A stretch of DNA of 64,000 nt from Marsupella aquatica (lineage: Eukaryota; Plantae; Marchantiophyta), in assembly GCA_973895155.1 (NCBI GenBank), contig OZ316898.1:16723420-16787419 (forward strand). The letters are read 5' to 3'. Under the pieces are notes generated by a model that ran no database searches, was not told the origin of the DNA, and saw only the letters and a list, made by a program, of their open reading frames with translations. The translations under genes were made by a program, and so were the position numbers. Positions 25,667-39,885 of the stretch are shown here, in pieces. Within the stretch, counting starts at the first letter, position 1, and each line of letters starts with the position of its first letter.

Positions 25667-28600
25667 GTGTATTGCTCTTTATGATCTAAGGACAAAAATG
25701 TGTGAGTAATTACAATTATAAACAAATGATTTGTTGCCACTTGTCAGAGTATTTTTGCAGCACCCTGCCCAGTATAATATTTTTATTTCTCGGTGTCCGT
25801 GCCTCTCAAAAGGATACGATAGGTGACCCTCTTGGCTTAATTACCCTCTTGACTTAATTAGTTGTGTCCCTTCGGGTCCTACTCCACCTCCCTCCCCATG
25901 TATTGACTTGAGGGGCTCCTTGAACCAGCCTGAGGGAGGGGCTCACCATCAACTCAGTACTCGAAAAATGGACGGCTATCTCAAGTGGACCCCTGACCGA
26001 GATTGCCTCCAACCATTTTTGGAGGCTTGAGGGCAGAGACCATCCTACCCAGTTTGAGGTTGATGGATTGGAGCCCCCTTCTTGCTGAGGGTGTTGCGGC
26101 CATTGCATCACGTACTGATTCGGGTATTAATTATTTATTTTTTCTATCACGGAGGCAAGGAGCACAGCTTGCAACAGCTTCGTCAACATTTGTCAACCGG
26201 GTAGTCCTGCGGCGAAAGATATTAGGGGAGGGAGGAAAGGAACATAGGACGGGAGGAAGAAAAATAAAGGACGAGCAACGGAGAAGTGAGAAATGGCGGC
26301 CTCGCCAGAAATTTCGTTCGGACTTTCTTCTTCCCGTCGTTGATTGATGAAGACGCTAATTTGTCGTTGTTCCCCTCTCCTTCGTAACGCGATTTTGTCC
26401 GGCCTTTTTCATCAGGCTTGTTGACAGAACAAATTGTGGAATTGCGGAACAAAGGCAACGAGAGGAGGGAAGGAGCTGAAAGTTTTGTAGCAACCAGCCC
26501 CTTGTAATAATTACGACGTATCATCTGGCGTGCGATTGTACAGGACTGTAGGTGCCGCAATTGGATTCCTCTTGGTCCCCGAGTTGACCTGCCTTTGGCT
26601 TTAGGCATCCCTCCGCAATTCCTCGCACCCTCTCGGAAAAGCTTTGTTCAACCCTACTGACAAATTAGATACAGAAACAGGAGGAAATACGGAGTATTAT
26701 TCTTCGGAGCAGAATCCTTCGGTATTTCTGAGGAAAGGGATGTGAATGGACTTGATCTTAGGCTGTGCCTGATCGTGGAGGTGGCGCTGATGTGCGCGCT
26801 ATTGTTGGTAAGTTTAGATTATTCAGTTCTATCTCCTCTCTGTTTCCATCCTGAGTGGCTACTCCGTGGTTGTTATCGTTTGAAGTTCATGACTTTCATC
26901 ACGTAATTGTGAGGGAAACTGTCTGATAACTTTCTGTATAAGCACATTTTCGATTGCAAGTAAAAGGAAACTTGTCCGCGTCATAACTTTCTCTGTTAGC
27001 ACGTTTTGATCACCTGGGTCCTGGTAGGGTAACTTGTTAGGGAAAAGTATGATAACTATCTCTATTAGCGCTTTTCTCTAGAGTGAAAAGGGATGAATTG
27101 ATTGGCGGACGGACGGCTGGCAGTCTACCTTCCGCTGCCAGCCCGGTGGTGGTTTGGTACTTTAGCTGCACAACCTAGTCGACTGCTGCACTCGATGTCT
27201 CACCCGCGCTCACGAATTTTCGCTTGCCCTCGCCAAAATTTTCGACTCTGCTGGCATGCTTGTCTTGTTAAGTGACATCTTTCCTGGGTCGAATGCCCCC
27301 TCACGAAAAGAATCCCGGTGATGGTTTAGACACCGATGTCGTGGAGAGGAGTACGGCATAAGAGAGCTATTTCATCGTTTCAAATTTAGGGAGTACTGCG
27401 GTAGGGAGCCCTATCACAACTACGCAAATAATTCCTCCTTTCACCGCTTTCCTCACTGCTTTGTCTCCTCCTTTCACCGCCTGAGCAGGGCCTGGTTGCT
27501 TCCTCTCTTCTTCTTCCCGTTCTTGTGATGTGTAGCCTGCGGAAATAATGTGCTTCTCCTTCGCCCTCGGATACCAGCAAGGAAAATTGTCCTTCTTCGA
27601 TTGATCCCCTTGCTTTTGCCTTCAAGTCCTTCCCTCTCTCTCTCACTCTCCACCTCCCTGAAGCACAATTTGCCGGCCCGCTTACGTTCTCATTTATCAT
27701 TGATTCATAGATTGGATTATTGATCTGCTCCCTCTCCCTCGTTGATTCGTTTATTGGCTGGTCGATTACTCCCCTCCCTCTGAATGTCGGAAAAGCCGCG
27801 AGTACACTATTCGATTGAGTATCCGAGGCAAACGGCCGTGTCTAGCGGCCAAATTTCGTCTGGCTAGGGGCTCTTCCCTGTCGTTGTGAAAGTCGCTGTG
27901 GAGAATTGGCTTATTCTTAGCGCTGTGCTCGGGGATCATTGGATTCTTAGATTGACGCATGAATGAAATCGAATATTCCAGAGAGGGATGGGACACTGAA
28001 ACAACAGGGGATCAAGAAGACTCAAAGGAGAGTGGAGACGTCTTTTGTCTCTTTCACGTCTTTCCCTTGAGAGGGTCATTATGGTTAGTGTTTGTCGGTT
28101 CGTTTCGAAGGGTTGGGGCCGTTGAATTCACTTCCGCTACCACTGCACTCGAGCGTGCTCAAGGACAGTTCCCTCAACCGAAGAAATGAGCACAAAGTCG
28201 TTGGTCTCTCTGGGCACAAAGGATGTTTTCCTGAAAGCCCGGTGCGCGCGTTCTTTTTGAGAATTGCTCGCGGCGGTGAGAACGCTAACGTGCTCGGGCC
28301 CGACGAGAGTGTCACGAGATTATAATTCTTCGTTTGTTCGGACACGCCGTGTGACTTCTCCGTGCCCTCGACCTTGTTCAGGGCTGTCAATCTTTGAAGC
28401 TTGGGAAGCGGAATTGTCGCCGCTCGTCTTAGGAATGCTGGCGATACGGAGAATCGATTCCGTATCGTGGGTGACTTCACCTCATTTCCTCCTACTCGAC
28501 TTCCTGACCCTGGTCCGTGAAGTTATGGTTTTAGGGTCTTGCTTCATTCCTTTAGTGCGTCAAAGCGTAGCTAGGTCATTGGCAACAAAGCGTAACAGTT

Positions 28601-29643
28601 GGATTAATTTGGTTGCCGTGTGGTGTTGACAGGCTGGATGACAAGGATCTATTGAAAGTTTTACTCAAGGAGTACCGTGATGCTGAATACGCTACATTCA
28701 TGTAGAGACCAGTTACATGAGGTACTTGCTCGCGCTATGTATTCATCTACTCACGTCTTTCTGTCCTGTGTCCCGCTTGTGGAGGATGGACTTTCAACCT
28801 TTCGTGCACTAGTGTAATATATCCACCTTTCCCCTTATAGCCTGAGGAGGTGAGGCTTTTCATTCAAGGTTGTGATGATCAACGATTGAGGATTTTGCCT
28901 AGGGATGTAACTCTGGCTGTTTTGGAGATTGATTCTCTGTCTCATGCCTGTAATCCCAAATTCATTTTTTCTCAAACCTGATAAGGCTTCTCATATCCTC
29001 GTATTGTCTAGGTCTTGCGGCTTCCCACTCCAGAAACTCTGCAGTAAGGATGCCCTGTGTCATGAAATGCTTTCTAGGTTCTAGGCTGACTCATCAGATG
29101 TGACCTGTAAGATCAGTTTGTTGATTCTTAGCTTCCATTTCAACCCAAAGTATTTTGGGGAACCTTCTCTATCCAGTTGAGTGGATATTGGAATTACTAA
29201 TCTTTGTGTGTCCTCTCCCTTTGTTGCTTTCTTCGGACCTTGAAGGTCTGTGCGTTTTGTAATTTTGAGCCATATGTACGCTTTTTGTAAGTGCAGTTCT
29301 GTTATTATAGATCAGTTTCTGCGTCATCCAGAAATTTTAACGTTTAATAGATTTTGGAGCTTCGAAGTTCGGTAGCATCAAACAGCAAGTTGAACGAGAC
29401 ATGTAAGCTTCGTCCCCCTGGGTGGATAGGTACTAAGGTTTATTTGACATTTGGGTGATGTGATCAGGCTAGCAGTTCCGGGTCTGGGCTGCGTCTCATT
29501 CCTAAGGGGCAGGTGATACGGAAAAGTTGATATTTCATACTCTGAGTTACGTAGTCGATGGGCAGTGCTACACTCGGACTTTTCAATTACTTATGTATAT
29601 TGGGAGGACCTGATGTACACTTAGGGTCTAGGACGTAACCGAG

Positions 29644-29703
29644 ATGGGTCACGAGTACAACAAGTTGGAGCAAACCAGTGAGAATTTTACATGGCTAAAG
29701 TAA
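29644..29703 (+). promoter_or_regulatory. Upstream ORF (19 aa, MGHEYNKLEQTSENFTWLK) overlapping the ATG9 start
   Basis: ATG at 29644 in good context (GAGATGG). Its TAA (29701-29703) overlaps the in-frame ATG9 ATG at 29703 (TAATG), and it spans the ATG at 29691. Translation is not demonstrated. Confidence 0.5.
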
Positions 29704-32700
29704 TGTACGGCTCACAGGTGTGGAGAAAAATCGAGGGGGGATTTACAAGTGGATTTAGGCACCAGAGTATGCTCAGGCATGATGCCGGATTCAATCATGC
29801 ACAGGTGGAGGTTGAGATGCCGGAATATAACAGGTTACCCGGAGGTGATGCAGCTGGTCCCCCAGATTACTTTAAAGGAGAAAGCTCCAAATGGGAAGCA
29901 ATATCAGATCTGGACAACTTTTTTGAGCGTGTCTACCGGTATTACTGCGACAAAGGCTTCTGGTGTATTGTCACGCAGTGGATTGTGGAGTTGCTCACCT
30001 TGGGCTTTACGATTGCCTTCTCTGGATTCCTCCTGCTATTTGTGAACTGGCAAGGCCTTCTCCATGCCAAATGCGGTGTTGCAAGCCTAGACAAGAAGAC
30101 AGGGCATGACTGCAACCTTTATGAAGAAGCTCTCTACAAGCACCCTTTGACTCCTTTTAGTTTCTCAACAGGAATAGTTGTAGGTTACCTAACCATTTTT
30201 TCGTCCTACTGGCTTTTCTGCTTCTTGAGATTCTTCACTCAGCTTCGGGAGACTCTCGAGATTCGAGACTTTTGTCATAACAGGTAAGAGGTGTACATCT
30301 GTGGGCTGCCCCGTTGTGTGCGTTTGTCTCGCTCACAATGTATTTGCCAGTCCTCTGATAAGCTGAGATTGATGATACTCTAGAATGTCACATCCACGGT
30401 ATCTTTGTCTCGGGTTGTGGCAATCTTTCCGGGCGATGTCTAACCAACTCTCTCATGTGGGATTTTTGCTTACAAAATTGTTCACTAATTCATTATGATT
30501 CTTATTTTTGAAATTTAAGAGGCAAACTGGAATGTTGCCTTACCGCTGATGATTAGGATCGTAGTAGGGGGATGCTCTCACTCGCAGGCCTGTTTTATCC
30601 GTTTGCCTGATAAAGTATTTCAAAGTGTATGTCATGTTCTCTCTTTGACAAGTTCTGTTCCTTATGCAGCTTGGGGATTTCAGACCATGAGTTGCAAACA
30701 ATGACATGGCCTATGCTGGTGGACAAAATGGTTGAGATGCAGCATCATCAGCGTTTGTGTATAGTGAAGGAGCTTTCAGCACATGATATTGTAAGCCGGG
30801 TAATGCGGAAAGACAACTACATGATTGGTCTGCTAAATAAAGGAGTCCTGGCTTTGGAAATTCCGTCGTGGCTGCCAGGGGCTGGCCCAGTAGTAAGAGA
30901 AGGTGATGATGGTGGACAGAAGCGGCTAATGCTAACGAAGACATTGGAGTGGAGTCTTAACTGGTGTATTCTTCAAAACATGTTTGACCGGTAAATAGAG
31001 CCTTCTCCTTAATTCGGTCACTGACCCTCCTCAGATCTGCCGCAAATCTCATTGAATCTATCAGAACACATTTTGGTGAAGCGTTCAAATTTGTCTTATG
31101 TCCTTACTAGTCTACTTGTTGATTCGGACTGGGCGATAGTATGACCTGCTAATGTGGGAAATCAAACCGTTTCGCTGCAGAAATTTTTTAATCCGAAGAG
31201 ATTTCTCCAGCAACCCTGCTCGATTGAGAAAGAGGCTTATGGCTGTAGGGCTGTGCATGCTAATGCTGTCCCCATTTCTCACAATCTTTATGCTCATGTA
31301 CTTCTTCCTCCGAAATGCTGAACAATTTTATCATCAACCAAGTGCAGCAGGCTCGAGGCGATGGTCCAACTTGTCTAAGTGGACCTTTCGAGAATTCAAT
31401 GAGGTACACTTCTGTCTTGGATTCAGTGCATAGCAACCTTGCCCCCAGTTCATTTTGACTCCATAATGACTCTCCATACCTTTGCTGGCCTATTTCTTTT
31501 TAAGATATTTTGCCCAAACGGCACTTGGCATGGCTTGAAATTCACTATATAGCATTTTCTCATTTCTAAGGGTAATTCAGGGAGACACTGCACACCTCGA
31601 GAGTATTCAGTGGTCCGAAATATTCATGGTTCTCTCTTGTATTGTTTTAAATTTCTTTGCAGCTTGATCACATGTTCAAGAGGAGATTAAATTCAAGTTA
31701 CAAGCATGCTGTGGAATACGTAAAGCAATTCCCATCTCCAATCGTCTCTATGGTTGCCAAATTTGTTTCATTTGTCACTGGTGCATTTGCTGCCGTCCTG
31801 ATTGGAGTTGCCCTGGTTGATGAAACCCTCCTCGAGGGCCAAGTAAGTTTCACGGATTAAGTTGATTTGTGGAACTTTCTTCTGAGCTTGCAGTAAATAT
31901 GGCGGGCAAAATCTGTGCTCCCCAGGCTGATACGCCTGCTGATGGAACTATTTGCTTCAGATGTCTCGTCTGATCTTCTTTAGTTTATTCCTCGCGATAA
32001 TTTCTGCCTGGCTACAACTCATGCCTTTCATCACCTTGTGTTTGTCGTACGACAGGTATTTAATCGCAACCTTATTTGGTATACTGCAATATTTGCAGCA
32101 ATTCTTTCAGTGAGTCGTTCCCTAATTGCGGACGAGTTCCAAGTATTTGACCCAGAAGGTGTCATGCGCCATGTTGCCCATTATACTCACTACATTCCGA
32201 AGCACTGGCGCGGTTCTGAGAACACAGATAGAGTACGGGCAGAGTTTGAAGCACTTTTTCAGGTCTGTGTTCAGAGTCTAAACTTGTGCAATTATTATGA
32301 TGTTAATTCCTTAAAGCTTTGGATGCTTAGGTTTTGACTTTCTTATCAACAGGCAACAGTCCTTTCTGACGCACCGTGGACCCAGTTAGATGACTCATTG
32401 AATGAACCGATGCAGATGTTGCTCTCTATGTATATTTTCTCAACAACTAAAGTCTCAATTTACTTTTTCTAAGCCTGTTTTTTTTTCTTGCAGTACAAAT
32501 TTATACTGTTTTTCGAAGAAATGGCCTCCATATTTGTAACTCCATTTATTCTGTGGTTCTACCTACCAGAGGTAATGTACGTTTATGTCATGGTACCGTC
32601 ATGGTTTTGCAGAGGTTTTGGATAGCTGTACGTGACTTCACCTACAAGGGTTTTGCAGATATGTGCAGCTTATCCCGTTGTACAGTTTAGAACTTCTATA

Positions 32701-34560
32701 GAGTTATCCGTAGTCTTTACTCAATGCTACATGACATTCTGACCATTTTCAGTGAGGTTTGGTAATCTACTGGACGATTCATAGTTTAGAGAGGGCTGAG
32801 TTGCAAAAGTTCAAGAGGCTTGTCTGGGAATTCCATTGTAAGTTTTGTCACTATGGCATATCGTTACTCTGTGTGCCCACAAATTTCTCACTGATATTTT
32901 AGTTTGGCTTCTGGTGCACAAAAGTTCTTAGATGCTAATTTTCTTGTTGGCCTCGGTGTTGTGCCACCAGTGCGTGGATGAGGTGCTGCAGTTTGTGACC
33001 GATTTCACTGTGTATGTCGAAGGTGTTGGTCATGTTTGCAGGTCAGCTTTCTTCCTAGCTCCTTCAATTTCTATATGAATGCTAAAAAGTAATTTCGAAT
33101 TTCTTTCTATTGGAGCAACAAGGTTAGACTGTTATTTGCTATCGAGGTACCACCTAAAGTGGTCAATACTTGGGATCTGCATCATCTTTATCTGTTTGTG
33201 AACGAACCGTTTGTGTGTTAGTATAGCAGTCTTCATTTTCAACGTTTCCCGGATGACGGTTGAAGTAAATACGATAACAGTCGTTGGAAGGATAAAGAAA
33301 CGTGTAATGGAAGGTCTCCGTTTGATTGGGGCTTTTGTCTGTTGGCAGTTTGAGTGTTTTCGATTTCGAGCATCATGGCAACAGCAAATATGGGTCGCCT
33401 TTCCACACAAGTAAAGATCGACGCAGTGGGCAAGGGAAGATGGAGAAGTCATTCATCAGGTAAATTCTGGGCTTTCTGTCTAGGAGCAAACGATTGTTGA
33501 TAGGTGACTATGTCTAAGGATGCACTGGACTACATAGAGTGACATTGTCAAAGGTGGGCAGGCAGGATGAAACTAAGTTGCAGTGACTTCTGTCAGGGGA
33601 TATTTTAATGCCAGAAAATATTCGCGTACTGCTTACATGCTGCAGTTAATGACTAATATCTGGATTCATGTCTAGAATAGTTTAGATTCGTCATGTTGTT
33701 CTGTAGGCGCAGATGACTTATTGACAGTGTGTCCCTGTATCAGCTTCAAAAGCAACTATCCGAATTGGGAGCCAGATGGAAATGGGAAGCTGTTGTTGTC
33801 TGCCCTGGCAGATTTCCGAACAAGAAAGGAAGATATGGCTCTGTATTCACTCGCCCACGGAAATTCTTCTCTACCAAAATCTCGCAGTATATCAAGAATG
33901 GGAGACAGTAACTATCAATTTGGTCTGGATACTAGCGTAAGAGAGCGTTTTGGGCATCGGATGCCATTATCACGGTCACACCCAGTTGATGAGATACAGG
34001 ACCCAGCTCCAGTTAATGAAAGTCATGGAGTTCCGTCAATTCATCAGAGTGACCAGATGTACTGGCTCGATCGGTTCTACACTGCCTCTCAAACAGCAGA
34101 AGCAAGTGCCACATCAGCTGTATCTGGGGATGACAGGGATAAGGAAGAAACAGAGCAAGATAGGTTGGGTGGCCAAATTGGTAGCAGTTCTCGCGGTAGT
34201 GAACTAGGACTTAGTCTTTCTCGAGGTGGAATTGTTCAGCAGGTTGCAGGAGATGGAGGAGGGAGTCGTTGGTGGGACAGGAAAGGCCCTAAATCTACGA
34301 TGATGCCAGAAAGCTCGTTTGATCCCCCAATGTTTGGTGGGGTTGGTATGATTGAGAGTAGGGATGACTTTTATGAAAGTGAGGAAGATCATGACAGGGA
34401 GTGGATTAACAGGCGGCATTCCATTGCTGCTTCGGTTAGTGAGCATATCTCCGAGGATGAATCTTCAAATCTGATCCTTCCTTTTGGGGATGTGTATGAA
34501 CGGCCCTGTGATATTTCGTTGGAAGGTATTAGACCCACTGTACCGGAAAGCACGGATTAG
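29691..34560 (+). CDS. ATG9: Autophagy-related protein 9; exons 29691-30283, 30670-30990, 31181-31403, 31663-31842, 32056-32262, 32494-32571, 32971-33041, 33349-33459, 33744-34560
   Basis: DLDNFFERVY.YY..KGFWCI, AHDIVSRVMRKDNY, LTKTLEWSL, SRRWS...W.FREFNEL, YTHYIPKHW, FTVYVEGVGHVCS, GKMEKSFISF..NYP.W; all introns GT-AG and in frame. The start may be 29703. Confidence 0.95.
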
Positions 34561-36145
34561 GAACCTTTCAATCATTCATGTTGTGAGAGGCAACGACACA
34601 AATCTGCAGCAAGGTATTGTCCATTTTAATTTGTAGTCTGTGTCTAAAAGATAAGTATCCTCTACTTGCTCTAAAAGTACTTTCTAAGTCGGATCTTGAT
34701 ATGGTTTCTCGTCCCTCATGTCTGGATCATCTGCCGGCAGTGGATTGAGCACGGGACTTGACTATTATGCGACACTTCAAGCTGTGGGCTTCTGCTGACT
34801 GCACTGTCAAAGTTCGTGTCAATGGAAAATGTTGAAATAATATTTTGATGGTGCATGTAGTTTTTTCTAATTGAGGATCAGTTTCGTGTCTGATTGATTT
34901 TCCGGAACAGCTCCCTTGATTTCCTTATTCTTGACATTCATCCATATGTATTCTGTGCAGATGATTCGTTCAATCAATTATTTTCTTCTTCACCATCACA
35001 ATAATCGAACCCTTTCCCAAAAGTTGGGAGTAGAGGTTTGTAAAAGATGTAGCTTGTCAACTGTGCTCTGTATAGGAAGCCTGTGAGCACACCGAAATGT
35101 TTTCACACGGCAAAGCACATATCCTTCAAAGGTGAAGGGGTGTATCTGAAACTCATTCGTTTTAAAGATCGGCACTCATCCTCGGATTTGCTTTTAACAA
35201 CTCTCAATTACGAGGGACGTGAGCGTACAGTTAGTTGAATTGTAGTGTCTCATTCATGGCACATCTAGTTGTGTCAATTATTGTACCATCATTTTTATGA
35301 GGATTGTGCTGATGTATATATTTTTAATGTAAGATGACTGTACAGAGCAATTCACGCAATATGCATCTCTGTGGCTTCGGTTTAGAGTGGAGCCTGAGCC
35401 ATCTGGAGGAATTATCTATTCAGCCAGTTGGGCAAACTGAACAGTTTCTGCGTCTCACTCCTGGAAAACGACGATCTCAAGGGTTTTGGACAAAAAGAGA
35501 ATCCGTAGTTCTCAGTATATCCAGAGCCTTCTTGTATTGTTGGATGATATTAGTATCGGATGTACATGAAGGTTAATTTTCTAGTGACTGGTCCAGTATG
35601 AGTGCATTTTGTTGAGTTGTTAAGGCTTCTTTGTTCCATTGATTTTCTTCATGCATAAACGCAAATATTGTACCGTGATCTTAACTTCAATAGTCTAAAA
35701 GATTCCTGCTTTATCCAGCCACCATGAAATAGGGGCAGCGAAGTCACTAGGATTCAGACGTTGTTAGCTTGTAGTGAATATTAACAATACCGACACAAGT
35801 TCAGTAGTCCCATTATCACCGAGCTCACGAGAGGACAAACGAATATTCTCTGCGTTCATGAAGGGAATCGACTGGGATGTGACATCCACAAGACAGTTTA
35901 AACAGAAACCAACTACAAGAACGATAGCTCCTGTTGCAACATCGCAGCTTAGTGTCCGCACAGCTGGATGCTGACTACATGTAGTGACCCGTACAAAAAT
36001 GACTTATTTAACAGTTCCTGGAAGCAGCCAGACGCGTCCATAGTGGGATGTTTCAGCCAAAGGTCGAAAGGGTGGAGAAGTGGGAACCCTTGCCCTAGTG
36101 GATGATTTCCAATAACTGAAATAAAGACTGTAGCTAGACATCCAT

Positions 36146-37755
36146 CTACTGGATTTCGACATCAATGACATTTTTCTTGGTCTCTTCTTCCACCACTTTG
36201 GGAATTGTCACAGAAAGCACTCCATTCTTGAGCTCCGCCTTTATCGTTTCTACATTTGCATTGTCCGGAAGAAAGATCCGAGTGCTGTAATCGCTGGCAT
36301 GGTTCCTGGATGATGCCCATTGAGCTTCGTCTGCTTTGTTCGCCTCGCTATGCTCACCCTTAATCACCAGACTGCCGTCTTCAACATACACTTTCACCTC
36401 CTCTTTGCTCAAGCCTGGCAAGTCAAGCCGCATGCGAAAGGCGTCATCTGTCTCCACAAAATGCAAAGGCAGACGGACGAGGGATTCTCCTGCAGTTCGG
36501 CCGCCTGACACCGTCCAGGAACGATGGAACAACGGATCGTTGAAGAGACTGTCCATTCTGTCGATCATGAACCGCAGATTCCTGTTGGGGAAGACGGTGT
36601 CTAGCAAGTCTGCAACACAGTTGTGTACATCCAAAATGAAATCTGCTTTCAGGCATGACGGAAGTACTGTACCGACAAAAGGAGGATATCAAGCGAGATA
36701 GAATTTGCTACAGGTTCATTCTCTATTGTCAGAAAGATACAGGTCAGTGACAGGCCGGCTCAAATATCCGTTCTAACTGTTTGCTACGTCCTTTGATTGG
36801 ATCCCCCTCAACTTAAACTCTACTCAATCTCTCTACTGACCATCTGCTGCAATTGCATCTTCCTCGCCTTGAATTTACTACCTCATTCGATTCATTATAG
36901 ACCCCAACTCATATCCCTGTTCTGACTATTGGTGACCTCTTAAGACTTGAAATCATTCATGCATTTCAGCCCCCAACTCAATCCTCGCCTTCCTCTCGAT
37001 AAGTACAGTGGTTGAAATTCCTCATTCATTCACACATTCGTTTTTAAACAATCAATTATTCATCGATTCATTCTCTTGATATGTAGGTATCTCTTCCATA
37101 CTTGCTTCCCCTCTGTACAGTTGCCAATGTGTTCTGTCTGTCCCCATTGGAGCTGCGTGCACTTCAAAATTAGATCCATTTGGTTCTAGTCAATTTCAAC
37201 CTTCGCACTTACACTCATACTCTCGTTCTCTCGTTCTCTCTGTGTGCATCTCGAGTAGTCAGGTGGTTGGCTCGGCATCTGGAATTTCCTCTACGGGCCT
37301 GGTCAAGACCCAATTGGGTCTCCTTGGACACTGAATCACATTCATTCAAACCTCCTATCAAAGTTCAGTGCAACTCTTGTACTGGAGTTGCGGCTTGGAA
37401 CGGGAAGTTGGCACTCGTTGTACCATCACAGTACTCCCCGGGGGGCTGGGGTGGAAGAGAAGGAGGTCTTACCAAATGGAGAGTGTCTCCTTCTGCCGCG
37501 GAAAAGAGTCCCACGTCTACCACCCGGCTCGTGGAGAAGGTCGCATCCCGTCTCCTCCGGTGCGAGCTCTTGAGCTGCCGAAGCCATTGTCCTGGGCTTC
37601 TGACATGAATGGCTGCTGTCCCGCAGCGAACGCCCACTTGCTTCACTGACAGCAGCATCTGCGCCCTTAAGTGCACTAGCAGCAGCCTGCCTCTTGAAAC
37701 AAGGCATGCAATTTGCAATATAAAAGAGCCTGTGGCCTATTCGGTGTGACGCCAT
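36146..37755 (-). CDS. Organelle-targeted small heat-shock protein (HSP20 family); exons 37755-37473 and 36609-36146
   Basis: Alpha-crystallin domain (MRLDLPGLSKEEVKVYVED..LVIKGE...IKAELKNGVLSVTIPK). Organellar-type helix SPFDLLDTVFPNRNLRFMIDRMDSLF spans a phase-1 GT-AG intron. Basic N-terminal presequence. Confidence 0.9.
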
Positions 37756-39669
37756 TTTTCCCAATCTGCAAGCGACGAGTCGAGATTGTGAGTCTACCAT
37801 ACGACTTTCGACTGGTTAACTGGGGACAAATTTTATCCAGAACATGGCCATCACTGAGCTACGTTTGTATGCGAGGATTTACATTGCCAAACAAACAGGC
37901 CACAAATAATCAGTTCAATTCGGTTGGGCAGCTTTACCAAGCCGGAAGTTCACGAATCATGGACACCATACGCTATCAGCCATGCCAACTTCATCTGGGA
38001 GCGCAGGAATCGACAACAGAGGTTCTCAGAGGTAGCTGTTCTACCACTATAGAAATAAGCATTCTAAAGGTGGGAGGAACAGCGTTTACGCCAACAAAGA
38101 AACAGAGAGCCGGAGCAAACAATTGTTTCCAAGATCTGCAACTAATCTACCGCATCATGGTTAGAAGGACGTCCCAAAGATAGACGGTGATCTCCGACTG
38201 TTACACCTATTCCAACTCAATCCCAGAAGTGAACGGCCGTATTACCACTTCGGGCCGAGCATGCGACAAGGTCATGAGGACGTCACATACTATACGAAAA
38301 ACGAAACGTGACACAATCTCCGATCCAGAAACCAGAAACATGAACGATCGCACCAAAGGTTTCCTAAGCCAAATAAAATCCTGCTTCAAGGGAAGAGGTA
38401 TTAAGCTCCACGAAATTTAACATAGTGCGAAAGACCAACAAAATCCAGTACAAGAAACCAAGAAGAAAAAATCGCAATTGCTTCACAATTTTAGTATTAT
38501 GATCTGTTTCTAGCGATTGGAATCAGCTCAGTAAAAATAACTCTAAAACACCAATCGTAGCAACAAGCTTAACAGTAGGCAATATAACAACCTCGAACAC
38601 CAGACTCACTTTAAATATCAAAGCACACATTCCAATTGAATCGGTTCTGATCACGGAGGAGGAGAACAAACGGAAGATTGACTCCAACGCCCACAAGAGG
38701 AATGTAGGGTCAGTGACAGCTGCTCACCTTCTACTGAACTTTCTCGTGCAATATATGCCTCAAAAGCCAACAGATCCAGGACAACCAAAGGGTTTATATA
38801 GCTACAAAATTCACTTACGTAGATTCCAAGTTACAATAGCTGCTGTAGCCGTATGTGCCCGCAGTGAAATCAACGTTTCGCAGCCAAGCTACAGTAACTG
38901 ATTGAGCTCGATGTATCTAGACAACAACAGATTCACTCACCACAACTGCGCTACTGAGATAGACAACTGCCTCTGGCCTGCGAAATCGAACCGGGCCTCC
39001 AAAATGAATAAATTGATGAAGCGAAGAACACCCTCATGGAATTCGACGAACAAAGATTCAACACACCGATCGAATTCTGATTGAATCGTCTAGAGCTTTC
39101 TCACGAAGGCGAACTTAATTTGGAGAAGGCGGGGTTTAAGTAGGGCTCCTCCACAAAGTCCAGAATGAATCACAAAAGCATGCTGATCGATCTACAAACA
39201 TGTCTGCATCCATGGTATTTTCACATGTTACATTAATTAAATACAACAGCAGCTGCAGGATAATTTATTTTTAATGGTGACGGTCTCTGGACTCTACACT
39301 AGAGAGTATCTAAATTGGCGATGGGACATGAGCTACGATTATGCCACTATGGGATAATGTCGGGCGCCGTAATCGTCACCGTTCATGCTTGGGAGCTGGT
39401 AAGATCTCACCGTAGCCTCATCGGATGGTCCCCTTACTTACGCTCTACGCTCCTAGATTCTATTGAGGAAACACATGCATCATCATCATCTGCGTCAGCA
39501 AAGTGGCACATCATCGGATAACAGAGGACTGTACTGTTGCACAGAAATGTGACTCCACATGAGCATGGCTTCATCAGTGTGGCTGAGCTAGTTGGTATTA
39601 GGGGCTCCTGGCAGGTTCAGCTTGGTGATGACTCTCCTATGGGATTTATTCCAAAACTGTACTAGGCTT

Positions 39670-39885
39670 TTCAGTTCTCCGCTGAGTAGAATGTTAACCT
39701 TCATGGTTCCTTTGTAGGTTACTTTTTTGTCTTTGTTATTTCGTTGGCTTTTGGTTGGGGACCCCTTGGCTTGTTTTTCTTGGGGCCCTTTCTCCCCTTT
39801 CCTCCCCTTCATTGGGTTGTTTTGTCTTTAGGATCATGTCTCCCGGTTCAGTGTTTTCTACCTTTGTGCACTGTGATATATAGCA
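39670..39885 (+). mobile_element. Dispersed repeat, probably a LINE/SINE 3' remnant (family copy 1)
   Basis: Homologous in reverse complement to 49891-50220 (for example TTTGTAGGTTACTTTTT, GGCTTTTGGTTGGGGACCCC, GGATCATGTCTCC). The T-rich 3'-UTR-like composition suggests the class, which is inferred. Confidence 0.65.

Noticed and set aside
37800-39120. Heat-shock elements for the sHSP gene
   Set aside because: Only imperfectly spaced GAA/TTC units; no convincing nGAAnnTTCnnGAAn array.
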